32,000 bases of DNA, taken from contig NC_000909.1 in the NCBI RefSeq assembly GCF_000091665.1, positions 353,581 to 385,580 of the forward strand, written 5' to 3'. Within the stretch, counting starts at the first letter, position 1. Every line of letters starts with the position of its first letter. A program made the position numbers and the translations under genes. The DNA is from Methanocaldococcus jannaschii DSM 2661. GTDB taxonomy: Archaea; AGJL01; Methanococci; Methanococcales; Methanocaldococcaceae. Below, one piece after another: positions 29,133 to 32,000 of the stretch. The notes below the pieces were generated by a model. It was not told the origin of the DNA. It saw only the letters and a list, made by a program, of their open reading frames with translations, and searched no databases.

Positions 29133-29660
29133 ACATCTTTTATGCTCTTCAATATCGAAATCTATTTCGTAATATTTATAGATTTCATCTGCAAGGTTTT
29201 CAGCAAATTCTTTAGCTTTCTCTTTACTTTCAAACCCTAAAACCCAAATGCCCCACATCGTTTCCCAATTTGATGATAGCTTACAACTCTCTTTTATAGG
29301 ATTTTTTCCATTAAATTTGTGGATAACTATTTTTTTGTTCTTCCAATCAATATATAATGCATAGTTTTCTCCTTCTATTTTAACATTTTCAATATTTTCT
29401 CCATAAGCTTTATTTTTAACATTCTTCTCTAAATAAATCTTAATGAATTTGTTTAATGGCAATCTTGAAATTTTAACCCTTACATTTTTTAACATCTCCT
29501 CTAATATCTCCTCAATCTCCTCCTCTTCAATCCAGTTTAAGGTTGTGGGGATTAAGATGGTGATATATCTATCTCCATCAAGTTCCACATCTAAAATTTT
29601 TAAATATTCACTATAAATGCCAAATTGTTTTAATATCTTTATCAGTTCTTTCATAATCAT
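29118..29660 (-). CDS. hypothetical acidic protein, possible partner of the upstream HEPN-like gene
   Basis: 180 aa ORF; start overlaps the end of the 29657-30139 ORF by 4 nt. Confidence 0.7.
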
Positions 29661-30139
29661 TCCTCTAACATTATATAGAGCTTTAAGAGTTTTTCAATAA
29701 TCTCAAGCTTTTCAATGATGATTGCAATTAGCTGATTGTGTCTATAACTATAAAGTTCCTGTCTCAATATATGCAAATAATGGAAAAACTTTAGCTTTAA
29801 ATAACTCTCTTTAAACTCCTCCCAATGCTCCTCATAGTGCTTCCCATGCTCCAATCTTGGAGATAATATATAGTCAGATGCATGCCTATAGAGCTTTAAA
29901 TCCATTAAGAAGTTTCTAATCTTTTTGCTAAAGTTTGCATACCTATCTTTATTGTGCCAATCTTCTATGTTTTCTCTAATATAGAATTCAAATGCATTTA
30001 GCAAATATAACATCCCATAGTAAAATCTCGATATAAAGGTTCTTAAGTCAAACTCTTTTAGTGCGTTAATACAGCTATCTAAGAAGTGAATGCACTCTTT
30101 TAGATAGACATTGTTTAGGTTATGCATTCTTTCCATCAC
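29657..30139 (-). CDS. HEPN-like all-helical protein
   Basis: 160 aa; N-terminal [26 protein letters not shown] and [10 protein letters not shown], reminiscent of HEPN helices; no search done. Confidence 0.5.
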
Positions 30140-31403
30140 CTAAGACATAAACTTTAAAGCCCTCCTTTTCCCACAACTCTCTATTTAATATATTTTTAGT
30201 ATCAAGGATTATTTTATTTTTTACCTTTGAGGCGATATTTTTTATATCTTCTTTATCAAAATTTTTATATTCATCATGCTCAGCTAATATAACGATAATA
30301 TCAGCTCCTTCAACAGCTTCATCTAAACTATTTAAAGGATAAATAAAATCTCTCGCATATTTATCATAGCATTTAACTTCAAAGCCCTCATCTATCAATT
30401 TACTAACCACTTTTTCAGCTGGACTTTCCCTTGTGTCATCTACATTTCCTTTATATGTTACTCCAAATATTGCCACTTTTCCAATATCTTTTTTAATAAT
30501 CTTCTTTATCTTTTCAACAACAAATAATGGCATAGAGTCGTTTAACTCTCTTGCAGTTCTTATTAATTTAGCGTTCTTTGATTTCTCAACAATAAACCAC
30601 GGGTCTATGCTTATACAATGCCCACCTACTCCTGGCCCTGGCTTTAAAATATTTACTCTTGGATGTTTATTGGCTAATTCTATTGCTTCCCAAACATTAA
30701 TGCCAATTTCCTCTGCAATTTTTGCAAATTCGTTGGCTAAGGCAATATTAACATCTCTATAAGTATTTTCCATTAACTTAACCATCTCTGCTGTTTTAGC
30801 ATCAGTTAAATATATCTTTCCAGTAACAAAAGTTTCATAAATCTCTTTTGCCATTTCAGCAGATTTTTCATCAACTCCTCCAATAACTCTATCATTTTCA
30901 ACAAGTTCCTTCAATATACTGCCTGGCAAAACTCTCTCTGGGCAGTGAGCAACATAAATTTTCTTATCCTTTGATAATTTTTTATAAATATCATCAGTTG
31001 TTCCTGGAGGAATCGTGCTTTCTATTATTATTAAATTCCCATTTTCAAGATATGGTTTTATGCTTTCAATAGCTTTATTTAAATAGGTTAAATCACATTT
31101 TTTTTCTCCATCACACTCTATGCAAGGTGTTGGCACACATATAATAAAAACATCTGCTTTTTCAGGTTTTGTTTGCACTTTTAGATTTCCAGAGTTTATA
31201 GCCCCTTTAACTAAAGTCATTAAATCTTTTTCTGTAGTTTTAAAGCTCAGTTCTTTAATTTCTTTCACTCTTTTTTCATTTATATCCACACCAATAACAT
31301 CAAATCCCTGTATTGCTAACATTGAAGCCGTTGGCAAACCAATGTAACCCAAACCAATTACACATATCCTTTTTCCAATGCCATTTTTCTCTACTTTTGT
31401 CAT
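30120..31403 (-). CDS. wecC: UDP-N-acetyl-D-mannosamine dehydrogenase-type UDP-sugar dehydrogenase
   Basis: Rossmann [18 protein letters not shown]; [15 protein letters not shown] with catalytic Cys; [15 protein letters not shown]. Confidence 0.93.
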   Translation of the reverse strand: MTKVEKNGIGKRICVIGLGYIGLPTASMLAIQGFDVIGVDINEKRVKEIKELSFKTTEKDLMTLVKGAINSGNLKVQTKPEKADVFIICVPTPCIECDGEKKCDLTYLNKAIESIKPYLENGNLIIIESTIPPGTTDDIYKKLSKDKKIYVAHCPERVLPGSILKELVENDRVIGGVDEKSAEMAKEIYETFVTGKIYLTDAKTAEMVKLMENTYRDVNIALANEFAKIAEEIGINVWEAIELANKHPRVNILKPGPGVGGHCISIDPWFIVEKSKNAKLIRTARELNDSMPLFVVEKIKKIIKKDIGKVAIFGVTYKGNVDDTRESPAEKVVSKLIDEGFEVKCYDKYARDFIYPLNSLDEAVEGADIIVILAEHDEYKNFDKEDIKNIASKVKNKIILDTKNILNRELWEKEGFKVYVLGDGKNA

Positions 31404-31570
31404 TTTATCCCCAAAAATTTCTATTTAGATTGATTATTGACAGTTATTATTAGCAGTTTATATATAATAGGTGAGTTATATATACTCCAAAACTATAAGC
31501 AATAAAATACAAAAAGTTTAAGGATTTATAATTTTATGTAAGATATAAAAATATTTTGTGAGGGATTGTC

Positions 31571-32000
31571 ATGGAGAGAATAGCTGTCTTAGCGTATTCT
31601 GGAGGATTGGATACAAGCTGTTGCTTAAAATTATTGGAAGATAAGTATGGTTATAAGGTAGTTTCTGTCTGTGTGGATGTTGGACAGCCAGAAGAAGAGA
31701 TAAAAGAAGTTGAAGAGAAAGCTAAAAAATTAGGAGTTTTAAAGCACTACACAATAGATGCAAAGGAAGAATTCGTTAAAGATTACATATTTAGAGCTAT
31801 AAAGGCAAATGCAATGTATGAAGGCTATCCCCTATCAACAGCATTAGCGAGACCTTTAATTGCTCATAAGGTTGTTGAAATAGCTGAGGAAGTTGGAGCT
31901 GAGGCAGTTGCTCATGGATGCACTGGAAAGGGTAACGACCAGTTCAGATTTGAAACAACTATAAGAATTAAAGCTCCACATTTGAAAATTATTGCACCAA
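31571..32000 (+). CDS. argG: argininosuccinate synthase, truncated at window end
   Basis: [65 protein letters not shown]. Confidence 0.97.
   Translation, partial: MERIAVLAYSGGLDTSCCLKLLEDKYGYKVVSVCVDVGQPEEEIKEVEEKAKKLGVLKHYTIDAKEEFVKDYIFRAIKANAMYEGYPLSTALARPLIAHKVVEIAEEVGAEAVAHGCTGKGNDQFRFETTIRIKAPHLKIIAP

Noticed and set aside
1-32000. CRISPR array or cas genes
   Set aside because: No regularly spaced ~28-30 bp repeats were seen by eye and none of the ORFs resembles a Cas protein.
1-32000. Complete transposon or provirus
   Set aside because: No transposase, integrase or structural phage gene recognisable; only the small inverted-repeat element and direct-repeat segment reported above.

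Overview
The window is archaeal and almost certainly Methanocaldococcus jannaschii, or something nearly identical: the first complete ORF matches from memory the well-known M. jannaschii TyrRS, and the gene order fits the MJ0388-MJ0429 region. It is mostly housekeeping and metabolic genes: tyrS, cbiT, a membrane S2P/CBS protease, rpS27ae, rpS24e, GTP-dependent dephospho-CoA kinase, rpoE2/spt4, rpoE1/rpb7, phosphomannomutase-like, ADH synthase/aldolase-like, MEMO, a PfkB-family kinase, nadA, mptD-like, hisF, a nitrate/taurine-type ABC importer, an archaeal RNA ligase, PHP, THUMP/SPOUT-like, dapB, a UDP-ManNAc dehydrogenase-type enzyme and argG (partial). There are three tRNA genes: Arg-TCT with encoded CCA, Glu-TTC, and initiator Met-CAT. 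I found no CRISPR array and no complete transposon. The least explained items are: (1) a 108-bp structured intergenic element with perfect 16-bp terminal inverted repeats overlapping the nadA stop, whose inner hairpin recurs at 25.95 kb; (2) a ~146-bp hairpin-rich segment bounded by 30-bp direct repeats that duplicates the 3' end of a methanogen gene; (3) a free-standing LAGLIDADG/HTH ORF between tRNA genes; (4) a decayed AAA ATPase beside a two-gene HEPN-like module; (5) a secreted protein with a threefold N-terminal repeat; (6) palindromes and tandem repeats in promoter regions. I see no strong case for a complete new defence system. Family names come from recalled motifs and gene order, not from database searches.
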